This document shows, in pieces, positions 37,701-52,584 of a stretch of DNA of 64,000 nt. Source of the stretch: Octopus sinensis (Eukaryota); contig NC_043000.1 of assembly GCF_006345805.1 (NCBI RefSeq), positions 69,874,001 to 69,938,000 of the forward strand, in the 5' to 3' direction. Each line of letters opens with the position of its first letter. The stretch's first letter is position 1. Under the pieces are notes generated by a model. The model was not told where the DNA came from. It was given only the letters and a program-made list of their open reading frames with translations, and searched no databases. The position numbers and the translations under genes are program-made.

Positions 37701-40657
37701 AGAATTAGATCCTATACTTCACAGGATAAATGAAATTTTATCGAAACTTTCAAAAGTAATTATCGTTATCAGTATTATCATTTAAATTCTAATTACATTT
37801 AAAGATTGTAAATAAGGTGAATCATACCACATTAGTTGTAACCACTCATATAGTATTTTTCATTAACAAAATTTAATAACGTGTAGAAGGATAAAATTCA
37901 TGAAATCTTATTGGAATAGAGTATACTTTATTTAAGTCATTTCAAAAGTATCCATTTTGTTTGATGTAGTCTGAATGTGGAGAGCATTAATATATTTCTT
38001 AATAGAAATTGATTGCCAGTAATCGAAATCTGTACAAAACTAGACCCAACTCACATAATTATTATTGATTAACCCCGGGCATCCTTGAATCTGTGGCCTT
38101 CTTTATATTTTATAGACACAGTACCTATGTGTTCATTTTTAAAACTGTAGTGTATGGTCTGAATGGCATTTGGCAGCTATTTCTTTCAAATATAGTGATT
38201 GGCGAGCAAGAAGGGATAAATGAGATGAAAATTCATATTCTTCAATCGGAAACGGTTAATGCTATCAAGAGGAAGAACTGGTAATGATTATATAAATATG
38301 CATTTCTCATACATATGAGGATGAGAACTAAACATATTTCTAATCACCGATGTTATAGAAAAGAATCTAGAATTGCTGACCGCTTAGCTTTTTAAAAAGC
38401 ATTATCAAAAAAAAAAGAGAAAGAAATCCGTTACAATAACCACGTACTGGTAAATCTCAGTCATGTAATAATATATATAAACAGCTTTAAAATATTTTTC
38501 AGGCCATACGTAATTGCAAGGATTCCATCTTCATTGGGAACAACGGTATAGATAGATTAGACATCCACCGTGGAAGGGGATTAGAACAGTTTAGGAAGGA
38601 AAGGAATGAGTTGAAAATGCGAAGGGACAGTTAATACCTTCGTCGTCTCCATAAGTTCTTAGAAACAGTGACCACTATTCTTAAATGTGAGAATAATGTG
38701 ACGATTACCAACAAATTGGTGAAATCTCTGTACCTTAGTGTTCGCAAGCATTTATAGAGCTGCTTGTTAAGATGATGAATGTACAGAGTCACAGATAAAC
38801 GAATTCAAATTGCTGAGGGAGGAAACTAAATCGTGAAAAGTCCACTGCCTTGGTCAAGATTGAATCGTTTAGAGCACATGACCCAAAGAGAGGAAGGAAT
38901 GAGGAGATGAGAGGAGGAAAAGAAATCTGTTCAGCAATAAATTTGGAGCCAACAATATCCTGTGAGAAGATGGAAGAATGAAAAAGTTTTAAGAGCGTGG
39001 AATATTTTTATAGCGAAGGCAAAAACTGAGAAACTGAATGGGGTTTATAAAAAATGAGGACAGAAATATGTAGGTCTAGGTGGAGACAGGCATGAAAAAA
39101 AAGAAGCAGATCTCTGCTACACATATTAACACTTTACAAAGATCACGTGCATTTCAGTGATTGGAAACAACCAGTCACAGAAATGCATTCGGTAGAAACT
39201 TATCATACTTAGCTGAAATTTGACGTGTAACACTGGTCTTTCTGAAAACGTTTCTGTGCAAACTAGCAACAAGCAATATGCGATTTGAAAACATATTTGC
39301 TTTGTTATCAATTTCACTGACCATACCCTAATAGAGAAAATGATTATTAATGAAATAACTAAAATTGGAAGAAAACTGATATAGATGTTTATGTTTTATT
39401 TAAATAACATTTAAAATAATTAACGGAACATGTCATTTAGTATCCGTCTGAAGCTGACAATCAAGAAATCAAAATAAAATAAAACAAAAAACGAAGAAAA
39501 TAGCCGGAAAAATATCTTATACAATATTTTGCAACTGAGCAATTTCTTGTTGACAGGAACCTTTAAAATCAAACGAAGCATGTAAGTTCGGCAGAACTTG
39601 AATAAAATACTTTGCTGCTTCAGGAAGATACATGAAGAGAAAAAATATGAGTTGTTCGAATGACAGTGGTTAAAAATTATTCAAAAAAACAAGTTAATAG
39701 AAATGTATTATTTTTCTCTCTTCCTCATGTACATGGCAGTAAATAAAGCACGAAACTTTATTTATGATAAAATTCTACAGATTTGTTGTACATTGTCACT
39801 GCTCTTGATTATAAATGAAATTTGAAGTATGGCACAAAAAATTTATGAAATTTTAGTTAAGTATTTTGAAAGTTTCGTTTTTGTTTGTTTTTTAAATAAT
39901 TATTAGATTTTTTATTATGTTCATTTAGAGTGGTTTCGATTAACATTGAGATTATGGGGAAAATAACCCTGCTAATCAGTGTTTTGCTTTGTGTTGTCAT
40001 CAGTAATGAATAAAACGATATAGAAACAGAAACATAGACCTACGTGAACATATACATGCAGCCAAACCCCCAAACAAAGTACCTTCTTTCACAGACAAAA
40101 CAATAGATGTATACCTAGATATGCATATAAATATATAGACTCATTTACAAATTTACAATAAATAACTAAACAACGAGGGAACATATTTCCTGTTACAATT
40201 TTTAATTGATTACTTTTTCTTATATTGAATCCAGTTTCCATTGCAATGAAACCTTCAGTTTCAACATTACGAATGGATAGGCAAATTAGTAGCATTATAC
40301 TGAACCAAATGCAATTAGGTTTTTCAATAATGCAACTTGCTAACTGTAAAAGAAACTTCAGATGTGGTTGTGATGAACGCGGTAAATGAAATTGCATTGT
40401 ACTAGATAGAATGCGTTCTTTATTTAGTTTTGCATCTTAACTTTCTGATTCTATAAAGGTCCTTTTTTAAATTCATGTGAGTCTCTTTGAATCTCTCGAC
40501 GAATCTTTGACCTTTTCATATCTGATAATCCTTGTTGAGATGAAAATCTTATAAATAAAATTTAAGGTATTAAGCTTTTGACGGAAATATACATATATCA
40601 GAAAAATATTTGGTAAAATATTTATTTTATAAAATATAATATAAATACATGCAATAC

Positions 40658-41112
<455 letters not shown>

Positions 41113-42016
41113 TAGCGCAGATCAAATAACTTATACAGCCTTACCCAAACAGTATGCTTAGAAACTGAAAATTGCGAGTTAATTTAGTGAGTTTGTTTGA
41201 ACCGACAACACATATATTGCATTGTTATAATAACTGTGACATTTCATTTCATTAAATGGTTCGTTTAAACAACAAATAAAACATAAAAATACTAAAAATA
41301 CCAGGCCGAAATAATAAATGAAATACACAAGAAAAATGATTGAACTATAAACCCAGGTATAAAGTGGCATTATTAACTAATTAGCTTTAATGCCTTACAT
41401 GTAAAAAGCTTTTATCGCTCTTGCATTTTCTTTTTTGCTTGATTTTTACTAGACGCAATGCAAAAGTATTTTTTCAAATTAGAAATATTTGTTTGTGTTG
41501 AAATTTAACCATCTTCTCGAAATAGTGAGAGAACTTAATAAAATGTTAACAACATGACTAGTCAAGGATGTTAGCATCATGGACAAGCTCACAAGAGTAA
41601 TTCACACTGTGATTAGGAGTTTGCAATGATACGTGAATCCGCCTCTAGTAACTACAGTTGAGAAATTCTGCCTGCTAGAAACAGCTGCCGCATCTCCCTC
41701 AAATTACACCTTACGCTCTAATAAGGAATCCTGTTTTCTCTTCCTGAACACATCTGTATTTTCATCATCTTTTTATTAATTTAATACTCAAGAAAACAAC
41801 TGAAATTATTATATCTACATCGTAGTTTATAGATCCAGTAGAGGTAGAATCAACAAAAAAGTACTCCATCCAGTGAGAGATAAATATCAATTTAATACAC
41901 ATACTGAAAGAGCTATTAATAGTTTCATGCTTTTATGATACTTGAACAAGCATATTTATAAAATACGTCATGCATCTCCAAGCAATTTATCAGGCTCTGT
42001 TTTTATGCGTTATATA

Positions 42017-43638
42017 CAGTGGCGGTCAAAATGTTCAGAACGGCATTGTTTTCGTCAGAAAAGAAGATATAATTTTTTATCAAAGTTGTTTTATATTCTA
42101 TAATTTTCACAGACAATAAATACAATATTATTTGTTATTGCCTGAGATTTTGGTGTAAATTGAGAGGATAATACAAAAGTTATGGATGATTTAGTGATTT
42201 ACTGCAAAACCCATGGCGGCCAAAATGATCAGAACGGTTGCTTTTACTCCGTGTTTTAGTATATTTAACCGGCGAACTCTAATGTTTTGAATTTGTTTAC
42301 GCGACGGTTCGTTTACTAAACATTAGTAAGAATATTTGCAGTGTACTTTGTTAATATAATGCCACTTACTCCGTTACCAATTCGTCAGCAGATTATTAAG
42401 CTTCGAAGGAAGGACAATTTAAGTATTGGATCTATTGCAAAAATTGTTAACAAGTCAAAAAGTGTTGTTCACGGTATTCTTAAGGTCTACGATGATTGTG
42501 GTTCGTGTGAAGCAAGAAAGTTTACAGGTAGGCCAAGAAAAACGACCAAGAGAGAAGATCGTGCTATGGTAAAGTTGGTTAAAAAGGACAGATTTAAAAC
42601 TGCTGCTGCTGTTTCTCGGAAAATGAACATTGTATTGAAGAAAACTTTATCTCGAAAAACTGTTTCGTCGTTTAGTTGAACATGACCTACGTGCAAGAGC
42701 ACCTGCAGTGAAGCTACTGATCAGCTCCAAGAATAAAAAGTGTCGTCTTACCTTTACAACCGAACATGTGTTGTGGTCTCAAGAAAAATGGCAAACAGTG
42801 CATTTCAGTGATAAATCTAAGTTTATGTTATTTGGCTCAGATGGGAAAAGGTATGTTCGTAGAAAAGTAGGTGAAAAATTGTCGCCTAAATGCCTTAAGA
42901 CTAGTGTTAAATTCGGTGGAGGAAGTGTCATGGTTTGGGGGATGATATCTGGAGATGGTGTGAGCCCTTTGGGGCGATTACATGGAAAGGTAAATAAATG
43001 CAGGAGTTTATAAACAACTTGTAAAAGATCATGTCTTGCCTGTGCTGAGAAATTCAACTAAGCGACCACCCATATTCATGCAGGACAATGCCCCATGTCG
43101 CAAGGCTAAGGTGGTCATGAACTTCCTCAAGGCTGAAAAGGTTATTGTTATGGATTGGCCTGCTCAAAGCCCAGATCTCAATCCTATTGAAAATGTATGG
43201 AATATTCTAGGAGAACGTTCGAAAGCCAGAAATCCTAAAACAACTGAGCAATTATGGAATGCCCTTCAGGAAAAATGGAATAAGATCACCCAGCAAGAAA
43301 TTGAAAATGTAATTTCTTCATGATGTCAGAGTGTGATTGAAGCTAAAGGGTTTCACACTAAATATTAAATAATTCCAGTATTCTCTGTCATTTTTGATTA
43401 TTTTGTTATTTTTTCAACTGTTCTGATCATTTTGGCCGCCATGGGTTTTGCAGTAAATCACTAAATCATCCATAACTTTTGTATTATCTTCTCAAATTAC
43501 ACCAAAATCTCAGACAATAACAATTAATATTGTATTTATTGTGTGTGAAAATTATAGAATATAAAACAACTTTGATAAAAACTTATACCTACTTTTCTGA
43601 TGAAAACAATGCCTTTCTGAACATTTTGGCCGCAACTG
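42017..43638 (+). mobile_element. Full-length decayed Tc1-family transposon, IR/DR type
   Basis: ~225-bp TIRs (42017-42240 and 43415-43638) have CAGT...ACTG ends and TA on both sides. Each TIR has an outer and an inner direct repeat (TGGCGGTCAAAATGTTCAGAACGG / TGGCGGCCAAAATGATCAGAACGG). Confidence 0.95.
42359..43368 (+). pseudogene. Tc1 DD34E transposase with frameshifts
   Basis: MPLTPLPIRQQII...TGRPRKTT...VHFSDKSKF...KFGGGSVMVWG...FMQDNAP...WPAQSPDLNPIENVW...GFHTKY*. There are 34 residues between the second D and the E, and at least 2 frameshifts plus stops. Confidence 0.92.
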
Positions 43639-45044
43639 TATATTTTAAAAAGCAAGGAAGCTGAACATTGAGAAATTAAAGAAAAATCATGGAAAACCTT
43701 GAAGAAGGTTAGTGTAAAAAAATGAAACGAGAAAAAAGAAAAAAAGAAACAAAATAAAACAAACTAAGATCCCCGTCCACTCTGACTGAAGACATTTTTA
43801 GCAGGTGTAAACACATGGACAAGTTTCTTTTTATCGAATTGGAGGACACCACCCGCTTTAGACTGAGCTGCTGGGTCGTAAATTTGACATATTTTCTGTT
43901 ATTTCGTTCTATACTAGATGTATTTTATTTTGTTCTATACTAGATGTGCTTTTTACAATCAAGTTGGACGAGTGCCATAGTTTTCTAGATTGCGTTTCTT
44001 TTTTTCTTTTTTCTCAGTCCATTTTTTCACCAGTCTTCTTCATATATATTTTTTTTCTTATTTTCTCACTGTCCAGCGTCCTTGCTTTTCCAAATATATA
44101 GAATGCATAAACAGGACCTGAAAGATTGCTTGGGGATACGAGGCGTATTTCATAAATATGACTCTTCAAGTATCATAATAGCATGAAACTATTAGTAGCA
44201 TTTTTGGTTGTGCATGATATATATTCATAAACCATAGTACATATATTTCTGTGTTTGATTTTGCCCTTCTCCTCACATACCGGTGTTGGCTTCCTTATGT
44301 CCCTGTGACTAGTGATTTGATAGAAAATACAAAAGAATAAGTACATGACTTAAAAAGAATAAATACTGGAGTCGATTTGTTCAACTAAATTCTTCAAAGA
44401 GGTATCCCGATTGACTGCAGTTCAAAGACTAAAACATGTAAAAATTGAAAGAATATACACGCAAATATCCGCTGAGTTTCCACTAAATTTCCATCTACCA
44501 AGTTCTACTCAAATGGTATGGGTTAAGACACTTGTTCAAAGTACTACACAGTGGAATTGAAATAGAATTCCTCATAAACATTACACAAATAAAGAGACCT
44601 AAATCTGTTATATATTATTCAGCTTTCAGGAACGCGGCACTTCTTGTGTTAGAAACTGGCAGTTAAAAAGTGATATCATTTATCTGCATGAATAACGTTT
44701 CATAGTTTTCTTTACTATAAGAAAATTCATAGCCTATCTTAATTATGTAACTTTTGCGTCTTTCGTCGAAGCTTTAATTCTTGCACTTATAAATTGATCT
44801 GATGTATCTATCCATTACTTTTCTATATCTTGATACTAAAATCTGTATTACCAACACAACAGCAGCATGGCAACCAACGCCAATGACTCCACCAAATGCT
44901 TCATATATTTATTGACGTGTGGAATAGAGATAAGTCATTATACGTGTGTGAATATCAATCTTAATTGGCTTGTGACATAGGCTTGTAAATCGGACAGGAA
45001 TTCATATATGTGTGGGGACACACACGTGTATATGAGTGTATATC

Positions 45045-45229
45045 TTTTATCTCTTTAATCTTATACTCGTTTCAGTCATTAAACTGCAACCATGCTGGGA
45101 ACCACCTTGAGCGAATTTTAATCGAATGATTCGGCCCCAATACTTTTGAAATAGCATAGTATGAACAGCTAAGCTACGGGTACGTAAACCTATAATACCA
45201 TTTGACAAGCGGTGAAATGGAGCAAACAC

Positions 45230-45322
<93 letters not shown>

Positions 45323-45510
45323 TGTATGTATGTATGTATGTGTGTGTGTGTGACGGGCTTCTTCGAGTTTCCGCCTACCAAATCCACTCACAAGGCTTTT
45401 GTCGGCCTGAGGCTATAGTAGAGGCACTTGCTGAAGTTGCCAGGCAGTGGGACTGAATTCGGGACCATGTGGCTGGAAAGCAAGCTGACTACGAAACAGC
45501 TGAAGTAAAG
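45045..45510 (-). mobile_element. SINE with an internal (TA)n/(TG)n microsatellite
   Basis: Head at 45510-45352 (CCACATGGTCCCGAATTCAGTCCCACTGCC...GGATTTGGTAGGCGGAAACTCGAAGAAGCCCGTC), then the microsatellite, then a tail at 45232-45045. Same layout as 4490-4710. Confidence 0.65.
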
Positions 45511-46216
45511 CTGAAATAACTTGGGTGATATTTCAAACACCTATTTTGACGTAATGAAACAGAAAGCGTACAACAGAAAGTAATGGGAGAACATGGGAGT
45601 AAGAGAAAGATCTTCAATCATTAGCAGACAATTTTGTTTAAAAAGCAACTGGAATATGATCGTTCGTCACACTGAAAATAATAAGCAAATCTATTTAAGA
45701 AAATAAAGCAACAACAAAATTCACCACGTGCAAAAATGGGAATGATCTCTTACGCGACCTTTCCAACTGCTTAAAACAGCAGCCGAATTTCCTTCACATT
45801 ATTTTTGCTCACCACTATCTGTCAGAAAAAGACAAGGAGCCAAACAAACCTCTACACATTTTGTTTTATTATCTGGCCAAAGCTTTTGACATCATACACT
45901 GAGTAGCACTGTGGAAAATACTTCCGAAACGTAGCATTCTCCCAAAATATATTTTCCAGAATTCATTCCTTTTATGATAATGTGGAATTACAATCATGTG
46001 AAGTCCGTAGCAATGTGAAACACCTGCTGTAAATGAAAATGAAGCTTCTTCAGAAGCAGAACTTAACAATCACTTACGATGGAGATATCTTCTATCATAA
46101 CTGATTGTAAGTTCTATTGAATGCAATTTTCTCATATTTTAAGACATAAACAAACGCCATATCAGAAGTGAAGTAAAGCGGATGACAAATGCATGTCCAA
46201 CAAATAAGTGCCTCAT

Positions 46217-46570
<354 letters not shown>

Positions 46571-47368
46571 GATTCGAGAGGTAAAGAGAAACATAGAGAG
46601 ATAAGTTACGCACAGCGGCCTGAAAGAAAACAAGACAGACAAACCAACAACTGGAAAACCACTATTCGGAAAAAAGCGGTGACTTGTGGGAGGGAAAACC
46701 GAAAGGGTGATGATGGATTGAGAGAAAAACAGAAATTGAGAGAGAGAGGGGAGGGAGAGAGAGAGAAAGAGAGAAAGGATGCTTGCAGCGATAAAACATA
46801 GTACGAAATGATGAAACGAAGAGAGGGGTAGAAAGAAAGAAATAAACGACAAGGTACAAGGAAGGAAGTAGTAGAAGGATAAAGATGCAAAACTTGAAAG
46901 TAAGACACGTAAACTGGATGTCAATACTAACATCTGTGTGCAAAAGATAAGTTACAAGTTTAGCTGAAAGGTAATAACTATATATCAAATAATTTTCATG
47001 CAAAAGAAAAATGTAAAGATTAAATATTATTTAATTAATTATACAGAATAGAACTAAAGTTACACGACCATTTCTGTCAGAACGAAGTGGAGTAATAAAG
47101 ACAAGTTTGTAGCAAATGCACAGAAGAATTATGGCGAGAAGTAATTACAATGACAAATAATGAGAAAGACACATTGAAAAATAAAAACCAGACTGTAAAA
47201 AGAATAAGTTGAAGAAGAAAAAATGAACTAAAATTATGAATTACATTGGAATATGTTTAGAAATTCTTTAAAAAAAAGTGGTCGATTAAAAGGAAATATA
47301 GTTCTGTAAATATTTCACTTTTACACTCTTCATCATTTAACACAACTTGTTGCTGCTACTTCACACAA

Positions 47369-48208
47369 TTATGGTTTCAAATTTTGGAAAAGGCGAGAAA
47401 TTTCGGAGAGGCGCTAAGTCGATTACATAGACTCCAGTGCTCAACTGGTACTTATTTTAGCGACCACGGAAAGATCTAAGGCAAAATCAGCAGCGGAGGA
47501 ATTAGAACTCGGAACGAAAGGACGGACGAAATGCCGCTAAGTATTTTGCCCGGTGTGCTAACGATTCTGCCAGCTCGTTGCCTTATCTACTACTCATAAT
47601 ACTTTCTATTAAATTTTGGGGAGGAGATGGGTCGATGTAATCGACTCATCTAGTGTTTCCCTGGTACTTAATTCATCGAGTCCAAAAAGATGGAAGGCAA
47701 AGTCGACCTCAGCGGAATTCGAACTCAGAATGTAGCAACAGACGAAGTACCTATTTCTTTACTACCCACAAGGGGCTAAACACAGAGAGGACAAACAAGG
47801 ACAGACAAACGGATTAAGTCGATTATATCGACCCCAGTGCGTAACTGGTACTTATTTAATCGACCCCGAAAGGATGAAAGACAAAGTCAACCTCGGCAGA
47901 ATTTGAACTCAGAACGTAACGGCAGACGAAACACTGTTAAACATTTCGCCAGGCGTGATAACGATTCTGCCAACTCGCCGCCTTAATAATAATAATTTCA
48001 AATTTGGACACCAGGCCAGTTATTTAGGTTGAGGGGACTAGTCGATTACATGGATCCCAGTGACCTGCTGGTACATATTTAATCGACTCTGAGTGGAGGA
48101 AACGCAAATTTGGCCCAATGTGGAATCTGAATTCAGAACGTAAAGACAGACGAAATGACGCTATGCATTTTGTCCAGTGTGCTAAGGGTTCAGCCAACTC
48201 ACCGCCTT
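47369..48208 (-). mobile_element. Stack of four co-oriented SINEs (47369-47583, 47604-47750, 47751-47984, 47995-48208)
   Basis: Repeated GTCGATTA...CCCAGT...CTGGTACTTA...TCGAC...GGCAAAGTCGACCTC...GAACTCAGAA...GACGAAAT. Three copies end in the head ...CAGCTC(G/A)CCGCC. Confidence 0.85.
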
Positions 48209-48297
48209 GATATAGCAATATTTTTTTTCTATTGTAGGCAAACAATATATGAGAGACAAACAATAGTAAAAACATATATAAAAGTATATATATATAT

Positions 48298-48345
<48 letters not shown>

Positions 48346-48402
48346 AACTTGCGTGGCGTTCTATCATATAATAATATAAATAATATATAAATATATGCAT
48401 AT

Positions 48403-48530
<128 letters not shown>

Positions 48531-48544
48531 CAAGCATATATGGG

Positions 48545-49240
48545 TACAGGACATAAAAAAAACGTTGAACACAATGAGAAATGAAAATAAAAGAAAAACA
48601 TAGAAACGAACTTTTTTCCGAACAACGAAAAAAAAGAGAGAAACGAAACATACAACATAAAGACTATTACCCTTCTTCAGTTGTCCCTGTTTCATCTACT
48701 CCGCATCTCGAGGGTAAGGACAAGACGCGACTTTGTTGAAACAGTCCCTCCCGCAAAACAAATTAAATATAATTTGGGATTTTTGCGGAGGGTGAAAATG
48801 GTAACAATAACAGGACAGTGAGAACAAAACAATAAAAACAAACGTTAAGGGCTGTTAAGCCAAGACGATAGAAAAATTCTTCTAAACGCTAGGAGGAGGA
48901 GCATATGAAGGAGACAGTATAAGCACGTTGTTGTCTTTACGAAGGTAGTTGTCAGAAAGATAGTTTCTCTTTCGTCACGTGTCAGCGACGAGAGAGTCGA
49001 GGAAGAGGAGTGAGAGAGGGGGGACGTTGAAAAGGAGAGGAGAAGAATAACTGAAAGCTGCTTCATAGAAGTTGCTTCTCTGATCTGTTGCAACTACTCT
49101 TCGTTCTGCAGAGGAAGTCCTATTTGAGATGCTCTGATTTTGTAGTGCACAGTCTGTTCGTTTCTTGGCATGCTTCTCTTTCTGCAGTTATCTCTCTTTC
49201 TTTGGGCAGATACATTCTTTTGGCTGACCTTGATATTGTA
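48545..49240 (-). mobile_element. Possible decayed PLE 3' region
   Basis: Abuts TA/TG microsatellite. The minus strand has GGACAA-CTGAAGA-AGGG and a weak GIY-YIG-like peptide remnant (RKRSMPRNEQTVHYKIRASQI). Confidence 0.3.
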
Positions 49241-49714
49241 GACAAATTAGCATAACTACAGATTTCTGCCCCGCCTCGACTTTGGATGATCATAACTTTC
49301 AGAAAAATGGATGTAGTTTAATAAACTTTCCTACGAATATTTTTTATATTATGTAGATTCCGAATAAACAAAAGTTTTTTGGGGGAAATGTTTTAGGAGG
49401 GGTGGGGTGGGGAATTTCGAAAAATTCACCGGAGTCCATTTCAATCCGTCTTAACTCCCAAGAAAATGGATATTTTTTAATGAAATTCTCTACAAATATA
49501 CTTCAGACTATGTAGATTCCGAGAACATAGGAATTTTTGGGGGGAACATTTCAGGGCTATTTTTGAGAACTGTTCCCCACTCGGGGGTGTTTCGGAACAA
49601 ATCCTCCATATTTGTTTCATTTTCTCCGTTTTATGCGTTTTACGTAGTAGATGGAGACCTACATTACATAAGCACATTCAACTGCACACGCACCAATACA
49701 CACAAATAAGAAAG

Positions 49715-50394
49715 TTGTCATGGCGATACCTGCTCAGAGGCCAACCAAGGTTGCAGAAAGTGTATGAAGAGGGGTGTATGAGATGCACACAAGTGTACGA
49801 GTGGTTCAGTTGTTTCCAAGATGGCCACGAAAATGTCGATATTGACAAACGTTCTGGAAGATCCGCAACCAGCAGAATTGAGAAAAACATCGCTGATATA
49901 CGTGCAGCTGTGAGGGTAAATCGTCGAATCACCATCTGTGAATTATATCAGAGGATGTGCAGATTAGTTACGGTTCAGTTCAGTCCATTATCACTGAAGA
50001 TGTGGGTATGACACGCGTGTCTGCCAAATTTATGCCCAAACTGCTTTCAGCTGACCAAAACGACACTCGGGTTGCACAATATCTTGATTATGCCGAGAAC
50101 GATGAAAACTTCTTGAAAACTTTGCGTAGGCCTCTGAGCAGGTATTACCAGACTTTTGGCAAACTTTGATGCAAATTCTCTGCTCAACTTTCTCCGTCAC
50201 GCTCATTGGGACGATCACACGCTACACACGTTCCTTCCAAGTACTGCTATAAAAAAGGGAAAAGAGCTAGAACGTTAAAATTTTGTGCGCATGCACAGCA
50301 AAGTTCACGATCAGTCTGTACTAATCGGCTTTAATCTGCGTGCTTTAGCTTTGTTACTATGGCAACAGTCCGGATACTTACTACACAGACCGCG
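49715..50394. mobile_element. Mariner 5' fragment with an internal inversion
   Basis: The minus strand from 50394 gives the TIR-like TA|CGCGGTCTGTGTAGTAAGTATCCGGACTG and MSVTEKVEQRICIKVCQKSGNTCSEAY. The continuation (LQKVY...VYEWFSCFQDG...KRSGRS...MTRVSAKFMPKLL...ENFLKT) lies on the plus strand at 49722-50121. Confidence 0.8.
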
Positions 50395-51362
50395 TATACT
50401 ACATAGTTCCGATATGCTAATTACATCTAATATTACACTTAATTATTTAACCTAGATCAATAGATATGAATAACATTTTTTACGGAAGCCTACAGTCTTC
50501 ACTTAACAACTCAAATGAAATTATATTTAAGTTTATATATATTCTAATCCTGTATGAAATATTAGTTAATTCCAATTATTTTTAACCTGAATTTTATAGA
50601 AGAAATTACTTAAATAAAAACAGGCGTATAAAATCAAACGTAAGATTTATATTAAGATTTGGTGATACAATACATTAAACATTCGAGACAAAAATTCACT
50701 TGTATCAGAAAAAAGTTATCTTCATATGTAACTTGGTTTACCAAAGGGCATGAAAATTATATAAGTCTGTTTTCATTCAAATGCGTTTCCATATTTTGCT
50801 CTCGACGTATTTTTATATCTTATGGAAAACAACACATTTTGAATAAATAAATTCAATAAATATGCTGCGAGAGAATTGTTATTGCTAACGGTATAATAAA
50901 TTTTGTTGCAGAAACTACGCCTGGATATCAGTTTGGATTTGATTTACACTGAAATTGACACTTACAGTTTTATACAAGTTGTTATCTAATGTGATAGCCT
51001 TGGTAACCTCATAAAATCTTAAGTAATCTTCTACACCAACTTGTATCTCAACAAACATGACGAGAATAAAATTTGTAGAGGAAATAGGCTTCTGTTAATG
51101 ATCCCTTTCAACGAATTCATGTTTCATTACGAATTTTTTGGAGAGGAACAGTACTTAAAACTCTTGTGAAAATTTCATTCCTTCATCTTCAGAAATGTTT
51201 ATGAATTGTTGCTTAAGCCTATTCCATTGAAGTTACTGCGAAACACATCCAGTAGTGTCGGAAGGTCGGGGATTTTCTCTGACCACAAAACAATCTACGT
51301 TCCGTTTAAGTAAGTGGACATTTCTTGCAAATATAACTTCCAAACCCTCCTCGATGCAAAGT

Positions 51363-51397
51363 AAAGATTTTTATCATTATTTTTATCATTATTATTA

Positions 51398-51440
<43 letters not shown>

Positions 51441-52322
51441 TACTATTACTATTATTATTATTATTATTATTATTACTTTTTTTTTCTTCTTTCAAATTTG
51501 CTTCCATTTCTTGCCGAGTGTCTTCCCGACTCCTAGGGCAAAGAAACTCATAGTATTCATTGGTAGGCCATTAAACCAAACTCAGTAGTTCGTTCATTTT
51601 TTTTTTTTTTAAGTTAAATAAAAATACATGAGCAGCAACAGTTCTCACATCGACAATGCTCTTCTCAATACGTGTGATGTACCAGTTAAGACAATCTTTT
51701 GCACTTCTTGCAGGGATGGTAAGCCAGGGATCATTCTCATATAATTTTCGGTTCCCTTCTTGATCATTCCTAGTGCTCCTACGATCACTGGTATTGTAAC
51801 CGCCTTGAGATGCCACATTTTCTCAATTTCAATGAGTAGGTCTTTATATTTTCTGAGCTTGTCAAACTCTTTCGCTGAGATATTATGATCACAGGGGATG
51901 CTCATGTCGATCAATAAGCAAACTTTATTGTTTTGGTCTTTCACAACAATATCTGGTTTATTGACCTTGATGGTTCGGTCTGTATGTACTGGAAAGTCCC
52001 ACAGAATGGTTACATTTTCTCCTTCAGTTACAGCCTCGGGGTGGTGATTATACCACTTGTCGGCAGTTTTGATATTGTAATGCCGACTTATTAGCCAGTG
52101 GAGATATTGGCCAACTCTGTCATGTCTTAATTTATACTCCACTGGTGCTAAGACTTTACATCCAGAGATTAGGTGGTCCACTGTTTCAATCATGTCGTTG
52201 CAGAATCGGCATTTTGGGTCTGCTCCATTTTTCATCACATTGGCCTGGTAGTTCCGGGTTAATAGGCTTTGATCTTGAGCAGCCAGGATGAAACCTTCGC
52301 TCTCTGCTTTTAGCCCTGAACG
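51363..52322 (-). mobile_element. 5'-truncated Dong/R4-like LINE 3' end (CCHC and RLE domain), with 3'UTR and (AAT)n tail
   Basis: SGLKAESEGFILAAQDQSLLTRNY...PKCRFC...ETVDHLISGC...RHD...TDRTIKVNKPDIVV...LIDMSIP...KYKDL...PVIVGALG...RRALSM*. The coding part (51645-52322) is uninterrupted. Confidence 0.9.
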
Positions 52323-52379
52323 GCAACGAGAAACTCAGAGTAACAGATTTTGTTGAATTTTCTGCTGCTTAAAATAAAA

Positions 52380-52434
<55 letters not shown>

Positions 52435-52448
52435 ATATATAATATATA

Positions 52449-52481
<33 letters not shown>

Positions 52482-52543
52482 AATAAAATCTACAATTTGT
52501 TTTCAGTAATCTTTGTCTCGTTTGTATAACCAAATGTATGATT

Positions 52544-52584
<41 letters not shown>

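Noticed and set aside
48665-48745. Permuted (type II-like) hammerhead: TTACCCT-C-GAGA...GGACAA-CTGAAGA-AGGGTAA on the minus strand
   Set aside because: Stem II could pair, but GAAA is GAGA and no consistent stem I or III can be drawn.
52318-52380. 3' half of a hammerhead (GAAA-CTCAGAG-TA) at the 5' junction of the Dong-like LINE
   Set aside because: The CUGANGA half is absent, so it cannot be called a ribozyme.
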